This document shows, piece by piece, positions 1 to 9,572 of a DNA stretch of 64,000 nt. A program made the position numbers and the translations under genes. Source of the stretch: Canibacter sp. (GTDB lineage: Bacteria; Actinomycetota; Actinomycetes; Actinomycetales; Microbacteriaceae); contig JBQDFP010000010.1 in NCBI GenBank assembly GCA_052085365.1, forward strand, positions 4,884 to 68,883. Direction: 5' to 3'. Position 1 is the stretch's first letter. Each line of letters opens with the position of its first letter. The notes under the pieces were generated by a model that had not been told where the DNA came from, searched no databases, and saw nothing but the letters and a program-made list of their open reading frames with translations.

Positions 1-1
1 A

Positions 2-2959
2 GGTGGTGAAAAAGGGCACCCGAACTATGAATACGAGCAGCTTGCAGAATACGCAAACCATCAGTGGGCAGTACTGACCGGTTGCCGAAAAGGTCCTTTG
101 CTTCGTGCCTACTACAGTTCTGAAAATCGACGTGAACGTGAACAGGCGTGTGTGCGTGAGCTCGACAAGCTCACCTCACTGTTTGGGAAAGAACATGTAT
201 TCGTCGAACTCACCCATCACGGGCACCCTGGCGACGATATTCGCTGTGTACATTTGGCAGAGTTGGCCGCACGTACGGGTCTCCCAACTGTTGCAACCGG
301 AGCGGTGCACGCAGCCACACGGTTTGACACACAACTCGCGGAGGCTGCCTCGGCAATTCGCTCCCGCAGAAGTCTCGACGACCTCGATCCTTATCTTTCA
401 GCCAGTGGCAGCAACTTTCTACGCAGTGGAAACGCAATGCGAAAACTACATCACGCCACCCCAGATGCAGTCCCACGAACAGCGGAGCTTGCCTCACAGC
501 TAGCCTTCCCTCTGGAACAGGCACGACCAAAACTTCCCAAACTTCCTGTTCCTGAAGGTCACACCCTCATGACCTGGTTGCGGGAGCTCGTATGGCAAGG
601 AGCTGCACAACGATATCCCGACGCTGATGCTCACGTTCACAAGAGATTAGAACGTGAACTTGCAGTTATTGAACAGAAAAATTTCCCCGGCTACTTCCTA
701 ATCGTGCACGACATTGTCCAGGAGGCTCGTCGACGCGGTATTCTGTGCCAAGGACGCGGCTCAGCAGCAAACTCTGCGGTTTGTTACACCCTTGAAATCA
801 CGGCAGTTGATTCAATCCGCTACAACCTTCCCTTTGAACGTTTCTTGTCAAGCATGCGTGAAGAAGAACCAGACATTGACGTAGATTTTGACGCAGCACG
901 ACGTGAAGAAATTATTCAATACGTATACGAACGCTACGGCAGACGGAATGCCGCTCAAGTAGCGAACGTGATTACTTACCGTCCGAAAGTCGCGGTTCGA
1001 GATGCGGCAAAAGCGCTCGGCTACAGCTCTGGGCAGCAGCGTGCCTTTACTCGCGCCCTCGAACGCAGCAGCACTCTCGAAACTCACGCAAGGAAAGCCA
1101 CAACGCAGCCCTCTTCTGTGCCCACATCAGCTCCACCAAATCAGGTGCTTGATCTAGCGACACGGCTGTTAACCTCACCCCGACATCTCGGTATTCACTC
1201 CGGTGGCATGGTAATTACCGACCGTCCCGTAGGTGAAATCTGCCCCATTGAACATGCACGAATGCCGGGACGTACAGTGCTGCAGTGGGACAAAGAAAGC
1301 TGCGCATCAATGGGGTTAGTAAAATTTGATTTGCTCAGTCTCGGAATGTTGAACGCACTGCAGCAGTGTTTCGACATGATCCACGCCACCACAGCTGAAC
1401 GTTTCGACCTCGACACAATCCCGAAAGAGGAACCTGGCGTGTACGACATGCTGTGCCGAGCCGACGCGATCGGGGTGTTTCAAGTTGAGAGTCGCGCGCA
1501 GCTCAACACCCTGCCACGACTCCTGCCGCGAAAGTTTGAAGATCTCGTCATCGAAATTGCACTCATTCGCCCCGGCCCAGTCCAGGGTGGTGCTGTGCAC
1601 CCGTACTTACGTCGACGTTCTGGCGAGGAACCCGTCACTTATTCACATCCCGCGTTAGAACCGGTGTTAGCCAGAACTCTAGGAGTTCCGCTTTTTCAAG
1701 AACAACTCATGCAGTTAGCTATGACAGTCGGAGGATGCTCCGCGGAAGATGCCGACCTTTTGCGTCGAGCGATGGGATCAAAACGCGGTGTTGAACGCAT
1801 CGACAGGCTCAAGAGCCAGCTGTTTGACGGCATGGCCGCTAACGGGATTTCCCCGGCAGATGCTGAACATCTCTACGCGCAAATCGAAGCGTTTGCCGGG
1901 TTCGGTTTCGCTGAAAGTCACTCCATTAGTTTTGCATTGATTGTGTATGCAAGCGCGTGGATCAAATTGCACTACCCAGCAGTATTTCTTGCCGGTTTAT
2001 TGCGTGCCCAACCGCTGGGATTCTATTCGCCGCGTTCCCTTGTTGCTGATGCACGCAGGCACGGCGTCGAGGTGCGCTCTCCCGATATTTTCCAGTCCGA
2101 TGTTGATTCCGGTATTGAACCGCTCAACACCGATCACACCGATCCGCGGTTTCCCCCGACAGGACTCCCCTCGTGCCTCAACCACGATCAGCCAGTTCCT
2201 CCGCCCTTTGATCGAAACGCACCGGACACGAGTCTCACACACCGTCGCGATGCAAACGCTGCAGTCCGTTTGGGTCTCACCTCGATACGCGGCATTGATC
2301 GTAAGACAGCTGCCCGTATTGTGCAGGCTCGAGGGCTTCAACCGTTCGTTGATCTGGCTGATCTTGCGAGGAGAGCAAATCTGAGAAAGTCGACTCTTGA
2401 AGCACTCGCCAGTTCTGGTGCATGTGAAGGACTCGGCATGACTCGACGCGAAGCACTCTGGCAGGCAGGTCCCGCTTCGTTGAACCGAGAAGAGTTTCTT
2501 CCTGGAACCGCCCCTGTTGTGCAGCCTCCGCTGCTACCCGTTTTAACACCGCAAGAGCAAGTTGCGCTCGATATCTGGCATACCGGCATCCATAGCAGTG
2601 AACATCCGCTCGAGCTGATGCGTTCCGAACTCGATACTCGGCACATTACCCGGTCCGATCTCTTGGCGACTCGTAAGAGTGATGAGCTCGTAAGCGTTGC
2701 GGGAATTGTGACGCACCGTCAACGTCCGGGAACCGCGGGCGGCATTACCTTCGTGACGCTCGAAGATGAGCGAGGCAGCGTGAACGCCATTGTGTGGAAG
2801 CGTGTCTGGGAGCGTCACCGCGCGCTCATTCGCAGCGCGCCCGCCCTGATTATTCGTGGCAGACTCGAACGCTCACCTGAGGGACTCTTTCATGTTATTG
2901 CACAAAGTTTTGAAGAGCTGCCTGCTCCGCGATCAGTGAAGTCGAGAGACTTTCAATAG
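2..2959 (+). CDS. dnaE2: Error-prone DNA polymerase III alpha subunit DnaE2 (5' end cut by window edge)
   Basis: The frame of ORF 98..2959 stays open back to nt 2 (GGEKGHPNYEYEQLAEYANHQWAVLTGCRKGPLLRAYY). Pol III alpha motifs are present: FPGYFLIVHDIV, GRGSAANS, PDIDVDF, GIHSGGMVI, FDLLSLGML, GVFQVESR, IRPGPVQGG, FQEQLMQ, FGFAESHS. There is a C-terminal OB-like segment, VTHRQRPGTAGGITFVTLEDERG. Confidence 0.9.
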   Translation, partial: GGEKGHPNYEYEQLAEYANHQWAVLTGCRKGPLLRAYYSSENRREREQACVRELDKLTSLFGKEHVFVELTHHGHPGDDIRCVHLAELAARTGLPTVATGAVHAATRFDTQLAEAASAIRSRRSLDDLDPYLSASGSNFLRSGNAMRKLHHATPDAVPRTAELASQLAFPLEQARPKLPKLPVPEGHTLMTWLRELVWQGAAQRYPDADAHVHKRLERELAVIEQKNFPGYFLIVHDIVQEARRRGILCQGRGSAANSAVCYTLEITAVDSIRYNLPFERFLSSMREEEPDIDVDFDAARREEIIQYVYERYGRRNAAQVANVITYRPKVAVRDAAKALGYSSGQQRAFTRALERSSTLETHARKATTQPSSVPTSAPPNQVLDLATRLLTSPRHLGIHSGGMVITDRPVGEICPIEHARMPGRTVLQWDKESCASMGLVKFDLLSLGMLNALQQCFDMIHATTAERFDLDTIPKEEPGVYDMLCRADAIGVFQVESRAQLNTLPRLLPRKFEDLVIEIALIRPGPVQGGAVHPYLRRRSGEEPVTYSHPALEPVLARTLGVPLFQEQLMQLAMTVGGCSAEDADLLRRAMGSKRGVERIDRLKSQLFDGMAANGISPADAEHLYAQIEAFAGFGFAESHSISFALIVYASAWIKLHYPAVFLAGLLRAQPLGFYSPRSLVADARRHGVEVRSPDIFQSDVDSGIEPLNTDHTDPRFPPTGLPSCLNHDQPVPPPFDRNAPDTSLTHRRDANAAVRLGLTSIRGIDRKTAARIVQARGLQPFVDLADLARRANLRKSTLEALASSGACEGLGMTRREALWQAGPASLNREEFLPGTAPVVQPPLLPVLTPQEQVALDIWHTGIHSSEHPLELMRSELDTRHITRSDLLATRKSDELVSVAGIVTHRQRPGTAGGITFVTLEDERGSVNAIVWKRVWERHRALIRSAPALIIRGRLERSPEGLFHVIAQSFEELPAPRSVKSRDFQ

Positions 2960-2970
2960 CGGACCCAAGT

Positions 2971-4320
2971 ATGCTGATGCATGTGCATAGATCAACAGCT
3001 TTGTTCACCGACCAATACGAACTCACCATGGTTGACGCCGCCCTGCAGTCTGGAACCGCGCACCGTCGCAGCGTGTTCGAACTTTTCACCAGACGCCTCC
3101 CCGGAGCGAGAAGGTACGGAGTTGTAGCAGGCACGGGACGACTCCTTGACGCCATCAAAGACTTCCGTTTCACCGAAAACGAACTGAGCTGGCTCACCGA
3201 AGCAGGATTCTTACGGTCTGAAACGATCGACTGGCTCGCAAATTACCGATTTACTGGAAATATTTGGGGCTATGCAGAGGGCGATGTTTTCTTCCCTGGC
3301 TCACCGCTTGTCACTGTCGAAGCAAGTTTTGCTGAGGGGGTCATACTTGAAACACTCGCACTCAGCATCATGAACCATGACTCTGCAATCGCTACCGCAG
3401 CCAGTCGCATGGTCGGGGCCGCAGGCAACAAACCGCTTGCTGAAATGGGATCACGCCGAACTTCAGAATATTCCGCGGTCGCGGCCGCACGGGCAGCCTA
3501 CCTTGCTGGCTTCTCAGCCACCTCGAATCTTGAAGCTGGACGCAGCTACGGCATTCCCACGATGGGGACTGCCGCTCACTCGTTCACGCTCTTGCACGAT
3601 AGTGAAAAAGAAGCGTTTGAGGCTCAGGTTAAAACACTCGGGTCTGAAACGACGCTCCTCATTGACACATATGACCTCACTGAGGGTGTGCGGCAAGCGA
3701 TTGAGGTGGCTGGAACCGGTCTGGGTGCGGTCCGTATTGACTCGGGCGACCTCCCTGTTGTCGTTGCGCAAGTACGCAAGCAACTCGATAGTCTCGGTGC
3801 TACCAATACCAAAATCACTGTCACGAACGATCTCGATGAATACACGGTGGCAGCGCTTGCTTCAAGCCCCGTTGATAGTTTTGGCGTCGGCACTTCAGTG
3901 GTCACCGGCTCCGGATCCCCGACGATGGGAATGGTATATAAGCTCGTGTCGCGGCAAGATGATGCTGGCAATTGGGTACCTGTCGCAAAAAAGTCTTCTG
4001 GAAAGGCTTCAGTGGGTGGCCGAAAGTCAGTACAGCGCCGTTTCAATACAAAAAATGTTGCGACCGCAGAAGTCATTCTGCTTGGTGACGGTCCCGCAGG
4101 CGAAGCAGAAGTCGACCCGAGTGGTACCAGCAATCGGGATGTTCTCGTGCCGCTGGTTGTAGAAGGCGAAGTTCAGTCTGCCCACACCGGCCGGGCAGGG
4201 CTAGAGGCAGCACGCAATCGACTGCGTGCTCGCGTCCGCGAACTTCCTGCAATGGCACAAAGCCTGCGCCGCGGCGACCCCGCTCTTCCGACCGAGTTTA
4301 TTGAGGATTCAGCGGTATAA
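2971..4320 (+). CDS. pncB: Nicotinate phosphoribosyltransferase
   Basis: 449-aa ORF with a typical N-terminus (STALFTDQYELTMVDAAL), plus GTAAHSF and a TYD...IDSGD segment. It starts 11 nt after the dnaE2 stop. Confidence 0.9.
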   Translation: MLMHVHRSTALFTDQYELTMVDAALQSGTAHRRSVFELFTRRLPGARRYGVVAGTGRLLDAIKDFRFTENELSWLTEAGFLRSETIDWLANYRFTGNIWGYAEGDVFFPGSPLVTVEASFAEGVILETLALSIMNHDSAIATAASRMVGAAGNKPLAEMGSRRTSEYSAVAAARAAYLAGFSATSNLEAGRSYGIPTMGTAAHSFTLLHDSEKEAFEAQVKTLGSETTLLIDTYDLTEGVRQAIEVAGTGLGAVRIDSGDLPVVVAQVRKQLDSLGATNTKITVTNDLDEYTVAALASSPVDSFGVGTSVVTGSGSPTMGMVYKLVSRQDDAGNWVPVAKKSSGKASVGGRKSVQRRFNTKNVATAEVILLGDGPAGEAEVDPSGTSNRDVLVPLVVEGEVQSAHTGRAGLEAARNRLRARVRELPAMAQSLRRGDPALPTEFIEDSAV

Positions 4321-4344
4321 GATCACAGCGCGAAACGTGAAGCA

Positions 4345-4617
4345 CTACTTTTTCATGCGTTCGTAAACGCGCTTACAGTCGGGGCAGACCGGGAAACGGT
4401 CCGGGTTGCGTGATGGGGTCCACTTCTTGCCGCACAATGCACGCACGGGTTTACCAGTGACCGCAGATTCAACAATTTTTTCTTTAGGTACATAGTGCGA
4501 GAACCGCTCTTGATCGCCATCTTCAAGATGATCCTGTTCGAGCAGTTTTTCAAGTTCCCGATCCATCACATCGGTGCTACCACCGGTTGACGGTGCGTCT
4601 GTTGTCGAAGTACCCAT
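4345..4617 (-). CDS. DUF3039 domain-containing protein
   Basis: The C-terminal part of ORF 4345..4809 reads ERFSHYVPKEKIVESAVTGKPVRALCGKKWTPSRNPDRFPVCPDCKRVYERM, matching the conserved actinobacterial DUF3039. I chose the ATG at 4617 because AAGGA lies about 13 nt upstream. The ATG at 4671 is an alternative. The long 154-aa form would run into the upstream permease gene. Confidence 0.75.
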   Translation of the reverse strand: MGTSTTDAPSTGGSTDVMDRELEKLLEQDHLEDGDQERFSHYVPKEKIVESAVTGKPVRALCGKKWTPSRNPDRFPVCPDCKRVYERMKK

Positions 4618-4699
4618 ACAGCTATTGTAATCCTTCTGCCGCGTGAGGGCACCCTGATCAACATTTGCCATCACGGTGTGTAAAGATGGCGAAGGTGAC

Positions 4700-6274
4700 C
4701 TAGTCGTAGACCTCGGTGACTGCCAAGATTTCTGGGCCACTGCGGTCGAAGACACGTCCACCAATGAATACCGATGCAACCAGCACAACGATGCCGGACC
4801 CCACGCCAACGAGACATGCAGTCATCACTTCAATAAAGTCGTGAGGTTCTTGCATCGCAATAATTGCCGCAAATAATGCGGGCAGTGACAACACTACGGC
4901 CGCCAGGACTGAAAGCGTTTGCGCAAATCCAGAACCAGACCCCGACCACTGCGGCTGCTGGAATGGACTGTCACCTGGCCGTGTCGAAGGATATGACCAC
5001 CGGGCAGATACCATGCTTGAGACCCCTGAGGAAATCAGTAGCACCGCAATGTTGAGGCCCAGTACTGCGGGGAACAGTTGCCAATCTCCAACGATCGTTG
5101 AAGTAATACTCGAGCCGAGGAGCAGCAATGGCACCCCAATCAGGGCTACCGGAGCTAGCCGGCCGATTCGGTCATCACGGCCCCGGGTGCCGCTCGTAAT
5201 ATGCAACCAGATGGCCGTTGAATCCATAGCAACATCATTGTGGATCGACCAGCCGAGCAAGAAGAGCATGATCGGCAGTGGAAGCAGAACAACTATTTGC
5301 CAATCCATACCCGCGATCAACAACGCAGCCACCATAAATGTTGGTGCAATGGGTAACGCCCAAAGCCCGACGCCATAGCGAGGGTCTCGTCGCCAATATG
5401 TCAGCGTTCGTGCAGCGATCACTTGTGCCGGTCGGTCAGAGAAATACTCAAACCATCCAAGCCCGCTACGCGCAAGCCGCGACCGGTCCGGCGCGGGAAT
5501 CGTTCGCATGGAAATACTGGCAAGCAAGTACCAGAGCACCGCGAACAGTACGATCCACCCAGCAGTAGCACCCCAGCGTGCCAGAACCGGTGCGACTTCT
5601 GATCCCGCGGCAAGAATACCTTCGGTGGCTGAGCCGGCAGGCAACCATGAAAGCACCGTACTTGCGTCACGCAACCCTCCATCGTTATTGCGAATGATGG
5701 AGGTCACACCAAACACTGCCAGTGGCAATGTAGCGACTACAAACAGCACGAACACTACGCGACGAATTGCTGCGCCAACGCCGTTCACAAACACGAGACG
5801 AGAGAGCCCTGACGCAGCTCGTACCGAAGTAATGATGACTACATAGGTGAGTATCGATCCCACAATTACTGCCCACGGCAGGTCCCACCATTCGGCACGG
5901 AACACAGCGCGGGCAACGAGCCATGCAAGCACGCCCAGCATGCTCCATGTGCACCAACCGGTGAGCCATATTCCTGTCGCTACTTGACCGGAGGTAACCG
6001 GAAACGGTGTAAAAGCACGTGCTTCCACATGCCCTTTGCCTGCAAAAAATGCGGTTAGCACTGCAGCAATAGACACTGCAGAGGTGAGCACGATGTCATA
6101 CTGATTGCGTACACCAATGTCACCTGCGGACAAAAGTTCGGGAACATATGCAAGCGCTATAGCGGCTGCGAGTCCGAGTATGATGCCCACAATCAGACCG
6201 ACAGCCCGAAGTGCGCTGCCCCGTAGTCCGCTGCCGAGCAGCGCTACACGGATTCTGAATGCCCGTGTAACCAC
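4700..6274 (-). CDS. Polytopic ABC exporter permease (putative ABC_export-type, about 12 TM)
   Basis: 524-aa very hydrophobic ORF with many predicted TM helices. It overlaps the 3' end of the upstream ABC ATPase gene by 31 nt, which suggests an operon. Confidence 0.75.
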   Translation of the reverse strand: MVTRAFRIRVALLGSGLRGSALRAVGLIVGIILGLAAAIALAYVPELLSAGDIGVRNQYDIVLTSAVSIAAVLTAFFAGKGHVEARAFTPFPVTSGQVATGIWLTGWCTWSMLGVLAWLVARAVFRAEWWDLPWAVIVGSILTYVVIITSVRAASGLSRLVFVNGVGAAIRRVVFVLFVVATLPLAVFGVTSIIRNNDGGLRDASTVLSWLPAGSATEGILAAGSEVAPVLARWGATAGWIVLFAVLWYLLASISMRTIPAPDRSRLARSGLGWFEYFSDRPAQVIAARTLTYWRRDPRYGVGLWALPIAPTFMVAALLIAGMDWQIVVLLPLPIMLFLLGWSIHNDVAMDSTAIWLHITSGTRGRDDRIGRLAPVALIGVPLLLLGSSITSTIVGDWQLFPAVLGLNIAVLLISSGVSSMVSARWSYPSTRPGDSPFQQPQWSGSGSGFAQTLSVLAAVVLSLPALFAAIIAMQEPHDFIEVMTACLVGVGSGIVVLVASVFIGGRVFDRSGPEILAVTEVYD

Positions 6275-7140
6275 TCGAGACCCTTTCCTTTCTCGTTTTC
6301 CTGAATTAGATGTGAGAAACGCTCTTCCAGCGTCATTCCTTCACGCACGTCATCGACTTTGCCCTGGGCAACAACTTCGCCGCCGACAATAACCACCACA
6401 TGGTCACACACTCGCTGAATCAGTTCGAGACTGTGACTCGACATGATCACGCTGCCGCCGCCAGCTACATACTTCTCAAGAATTTCAGTCACATTTTGCG
6501 CAGAGACAGGGTCAATGGTTTCAAATGGTTCATCAAGCACGAGCACATCCGGCGCATGCACCATCGCACACGCGAGCATGATTTTTTTCTGCATACCCGC
6601 CGAATAGTCTGACACGAGGCGATCAAGCGCTGATTCAAGACCCAGCGCTTCGGCAAGCTCACGAGCCCGAAAAGACACCGTTTCCCGGTCGAGGCCCTGC
6701 AGAACTCCTGCATATTGGAGAAGTTGAGCTCCGGTCAGTCGGTCAAAGAGACGCAACCTGTCAGGAAGCGTACCAATCACTCGCTTTGCCGCGCGACCGT
6801 CAGACCACACATCAATATCGCGCACGGTCACACGTCCCGAGGTGGGACGGTTCAGACCTGTAATCATCGATAGCGTCGTCGTTTTTCCTGCACCGTTGGG
6901 TCCAACGACGCCGGTCATGGATCCCTCACGCACTTCAAATGAAACTTCATTTGCGGCCAGAAGGGTCCCGTAAGTTTTCGTTAACGCCTCGGTTTTCAGC
7001 ACCACTTCTTTGGCGCTTGACGCTTGTGCACGCTCACGTGCGCGTTCAACTGAAAGTTTGGGCTTCACGCGACGCGTTTTTTCGGTCGCGGGAGCCGTTG
7101 ATGACGTGGGTAACGACGAGTTCGCGGATTCAGGCAGCAC
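6244..7140 (-). CDS. ABC transporter ATP-binding protein
   Basis: Walker A GPNGAGKTT, signature SAGMQKK, Walker B VLVLDEPF, H-loop SSHS. The GTG start at 7140 gives an N-terminal extension of about 45 aa, so the true start may be further downstream. Confidence 0.9.
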   Translation of the reverse strand: MLPESANSSLPTSSTAPATEKTRRVKPKLSVERARERAQASSAKEVVLKTEALTKTYGTLLAANEVSFEVREGSMTGVVGPNGAGKTTTLSMITGLNRPTSGRVTVRDIDVWSDGRAAKRVIGTLPDRLRLFDRLTGAQLLQYAGVLQGLDRETVSFRARELAEALGLESALDRLVSDYSAGMQKKIMLACAMVHAPDVLVLDEPFETIDPVSAQNVTEILEKYVAGGGSVIMSSHSLELIQRVCDHVVVIVGGEVVAQGKVDDVREGMTLEERFSHLIQENEKGKGLEWLHGHSESV

Positions 7141-7202
7141 TTGAATAACCTATCAAACGAAGTTCCATTTCTTACAGTAAAAGTCTTGGTATGTGCGAAG
7201 CG

Positions 7203-8468
7203 CTACTTCTCAGTTACGCCTGCACCGTCATGCGACCTCGCGTCCACACTACCCGCGACGTACTCGGCATGCTTATCCAACAGTTCCGCAACGGCGACTT
7301 CGAACCGTTTCGTTGGTGCACCAGGCCGCGTGTCACCGAAATAATAGTCGGACCAAGAAGAGAGTTTTTCACGAGCCTGCTGGTCCTGAAGTACGCGATC
7401 CACCTCGGCAACAATCTCGTGTGTTTGACCTGATGACAACCATTCGCAGTCCTTGAGAAACCCGCTTGTATCAATTTCTGCTTCGGGATTCTCCGGGCGA
7501 ACCACCATAAGTGGTTTACCCGTTGCCAAGCGGTCATACACCATGGCAGAAATATCACAGATCGCAACGTCAGGAAGACGTAGCTGCCAGCCCAGACTTC
7601 CGGAATCGTCATATACGTGTTGCGCATGGGGGTCTTTTTGGTTTGCTTCTTGAATCATGTGAATGATTCGTTGGTTAGCGGCACCAAAATGATCATCAAC
7701 TACGCCACTACGCGGGTGCGGGCGGTACACCACTCGGTGGCGGTCACTTGCAAGCAATTCACGGACCAGCGTTTCACCGTGGCTCGCAACTGACCCATAG
7801 GTCGCGGCGGCCCGGTCCCCTTCCCACGTAGGCGCATAAAGTACGACCGTTCGATAGTCGCGCTCAAACGGCGCGTCTCCAACAAAATAGTCGGCTTGTG
7901 GTCGCCCGATCTCAAACGTTCGAGTTTCTACGTCGTAGTCCCAGAGTGTTCTCATCAACCGTGCACGCGCTGCGTCTCCTGCGACAAACGCATAATCATA
8001 TGTTTTGTACTGGTTGCTTGTCATGTACATTTTGTCGCTCTCCCCGTGGTTAATAAACACGTGGAACCGTCGACCGTAACGCATCATTTGGAAGTTTCTG
8101 GTGTTTTGGTTCACATAGAACACCACTTGCAACGGTTGTTCAGCAACAATTTTTTCTAGGTCGGAAATTTTCGGTACGTATTGAACGGGTAGGCCACTTT
8201 CTTGCATCAGGGCACGCGCCCCCATCGCGTTACGAGCAAGAATAAGAACTGGATGCGATTCGGCCAGTTTCTTGAGCGGTTCGTACCATTGCCGCATTTG
8301 GTAAATGTTGACGTCACTGTCAGCAAAATACACACCAATTTCAAATCGGTTCTTCGGCAGTTGACCGCGTCGTCTAGTAAGCTCGCGCACGGTACTTAGG
8401 GCTCTGCGTCCCCGCAGAACCCGCTTCACCAGTTGGGTTGCTCGTTTTACATCGGTACCTATTCGCAC
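7203..8468 (-). CDS. CDP-glycerol glycerophosphotransferase family protein (TagB/TagF-like)
   Basis: Family hallmarks are FINHGESDK, VVLYAPTWEGD and a CDISAMVYD segment. The start is uncertain: TTG 8537 would overlap the divergent GT2 gene, and GTG 8468 and GTG 8429 are in-frame candidates. Confidence 0.8.
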   Translation of the reverse strand: MRIGTDVKRATQLVKRVLRGRRALSTVRELTRRRGQLPKNRFEIGVYFADSDVNIYQMRQWYEPLKKLAESHPVLILARNAMGARALMQESGLPVQYVPKISDLEKIVAEQPLQVVFYVNQNTRNFQMMRYGRRFHVFINHGESDKMYMTSNQYKTYDYAFVAGDAARARLMRTLWDYDVETRTFEIGRPQADYFVGDAPFERDYRTVVLYAPTWEGDRAAATYGSVASHGETLVRELLASDRHRVVYRPHPRSGVVDDHFGAANQRIIHMIQEANQKDPHAQHVYDDSGSLGWQLRLPDVAICDISAMVYDRLATGKPLMVVRPENPEAEIDTSGFLKDCEWLSSGQTHEIVAEVDRVLQDQQAREKLSSWSDYYFGDTRPGAPTKRFEVAVAELLDKHAEYVAGSVDARSHDGAGVTEK

Positions 8469-8522
8469 GAAACCAAAGCCTATCCGCAACCCTCCTCCAG
8501 AAACTCTGAATATGATCGAACT

Positions 8523-9551
8523 GTGACCGTTTCGCAAGAACTTCCTGCTGTGAGCTACATCATGCCCGTGTTAAATGAGGCAGAGTACCTCGAACGTGCC
8601 GTGGAACGCATCTTGTTGCAGGATTATCCTGCCGAGGTTGAAATTGTGCTGGCGTTAGGGCCTTCAACAGATGGAACCAATGAAATTGCCGATCAGCTTG
8701 CCCAGTCTGACCCACGGGTACGACTCGTTGCTAATCCCGATCGTGATATTCCTATCGCGCTAAATTTAGCGATCGCTCACACTTCACATCCGATTATTGT
8801 TCGGGTCGATGCACACTCTGACTTATCTGACCAATACACCCTCCATGCCGTCAGATCACTCATTGCCCAAAATGCGTCGAATGTCGGCGGTGTCATGAGC
8901 GCCGCCGGTGACGGCCCAGTACAGGAAGCAATTGCTCGCGGCTATAACAGCCCGTACGGTCTGGGCGGCGGCGCTTATCACGGCGATGGTGAACCCGCAG
9001 CGGCAGAGTCAGCATATTTGGGAGTATTTCGCCGTGATGCCGTGCTTGAGGTAGGCGGTTACGACCCCGCGATACGCCGTGGCGAGGATTGGGAGCTCAA
9101 TTTACGTTTACGCCAAGCGGGTCATCTCATTTGGTTTGACCCGTCACTCAAGGTCACTTACTGGCCGAGAAGCTCCTGGATCGCCCTGATCAAACAGTTT
9201 TTTGCAACTGGAGTATGGCGTGCGGTAATTACGAGGAAGTATCCGTCGCACACGCCGTTCAGGTTTTTTGTTCCGGGGACACTCGTGTTGACGCTTATTG
9301 CGGTTCTCGCAGTTGCAGTGCTTCAGCTCGTGAGTGTCGCTGGCGCTGAGTGGTCCCTTGTCTATTTGATTCCTGCGATGTATCTCATCGGAATCATTTT
9401 TGCTGTGTCTCGTATGCCGGGTCTCACCGGTTTCTTGAGCGTGGTTCGGTCCGCAATGGCGCTGATTCTGATGCACGTGAGTTGGGGCGCGGGTTTTCTG
9501 GTGGGCACCGTACGTGGCGGTAAAAACACAGTGGATCGTTCTCGTACCTAG
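8523..9551 (+). CDS. Family 2 glycosyltransferase with C-terminal membrane domain
   Basis: GT-A N-terminus VSYIMPVLNEAEYLERAVERILLQDYP, VDAHS (DxD-like) and GEDWELNLR, followed by about 4 hydrophobic helices. I chose GTG 8523 so that the conserved first beta-strand is included. Confidence 0.85.
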   Translation: MTVSQELPAVSYIMPVLNEAEYLERAVERILLQDYPAEVEIVLALGPSTDGTNEIADQLAQSDPRVRLVANPDRDIPIALNLAIAHTSHPIIVRVDAHSDLSDQYTLHAVRSLIAQNASNVGGVMSAAGDGPVQEAIARGYNSPYGLGGGAYHGDGEPAAAESAYLGVFRRDAVLEVGGYDPAIRRGEDWELNLRLRQAGHLIWFDPSLKVTYWPRSSWIALIKQFFATGVWRAVITRKYPSHTPFRFFVPGTLVLTLIAVLAVAVLQLVSVAGAEWSLVYLIPAMYLIGIIFAVSRMPGLTGFLSVVRSAMALILMHVSWGAGFLVGTVRGGKNTVDRSRT

Positions 9552-9572
9552 TTAGTACTTGCTCGAGACAGA

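Noticed and set aside
3074-3081. GTTCGAAC palindrome resembling fused LexA (SOS-box) half-sites
   Set aside because: It is located inside the pncB coding sequence, far from any promoter. A real actinobacterial SOS box has the two halves separated by 4 nt. I also saw no SOS box or RecA-independent promoter motif upstream of adnA or uvrD2.
3377-4162. 261-aa ORF in an alternative plus-strand frame inside pncB
   Set aside because: It is fully nested in a well-supported gene. The product is R/L/S-rich and low-complexity, with no recognisable motif and no ribosome-binding site. This is typical frame noise.
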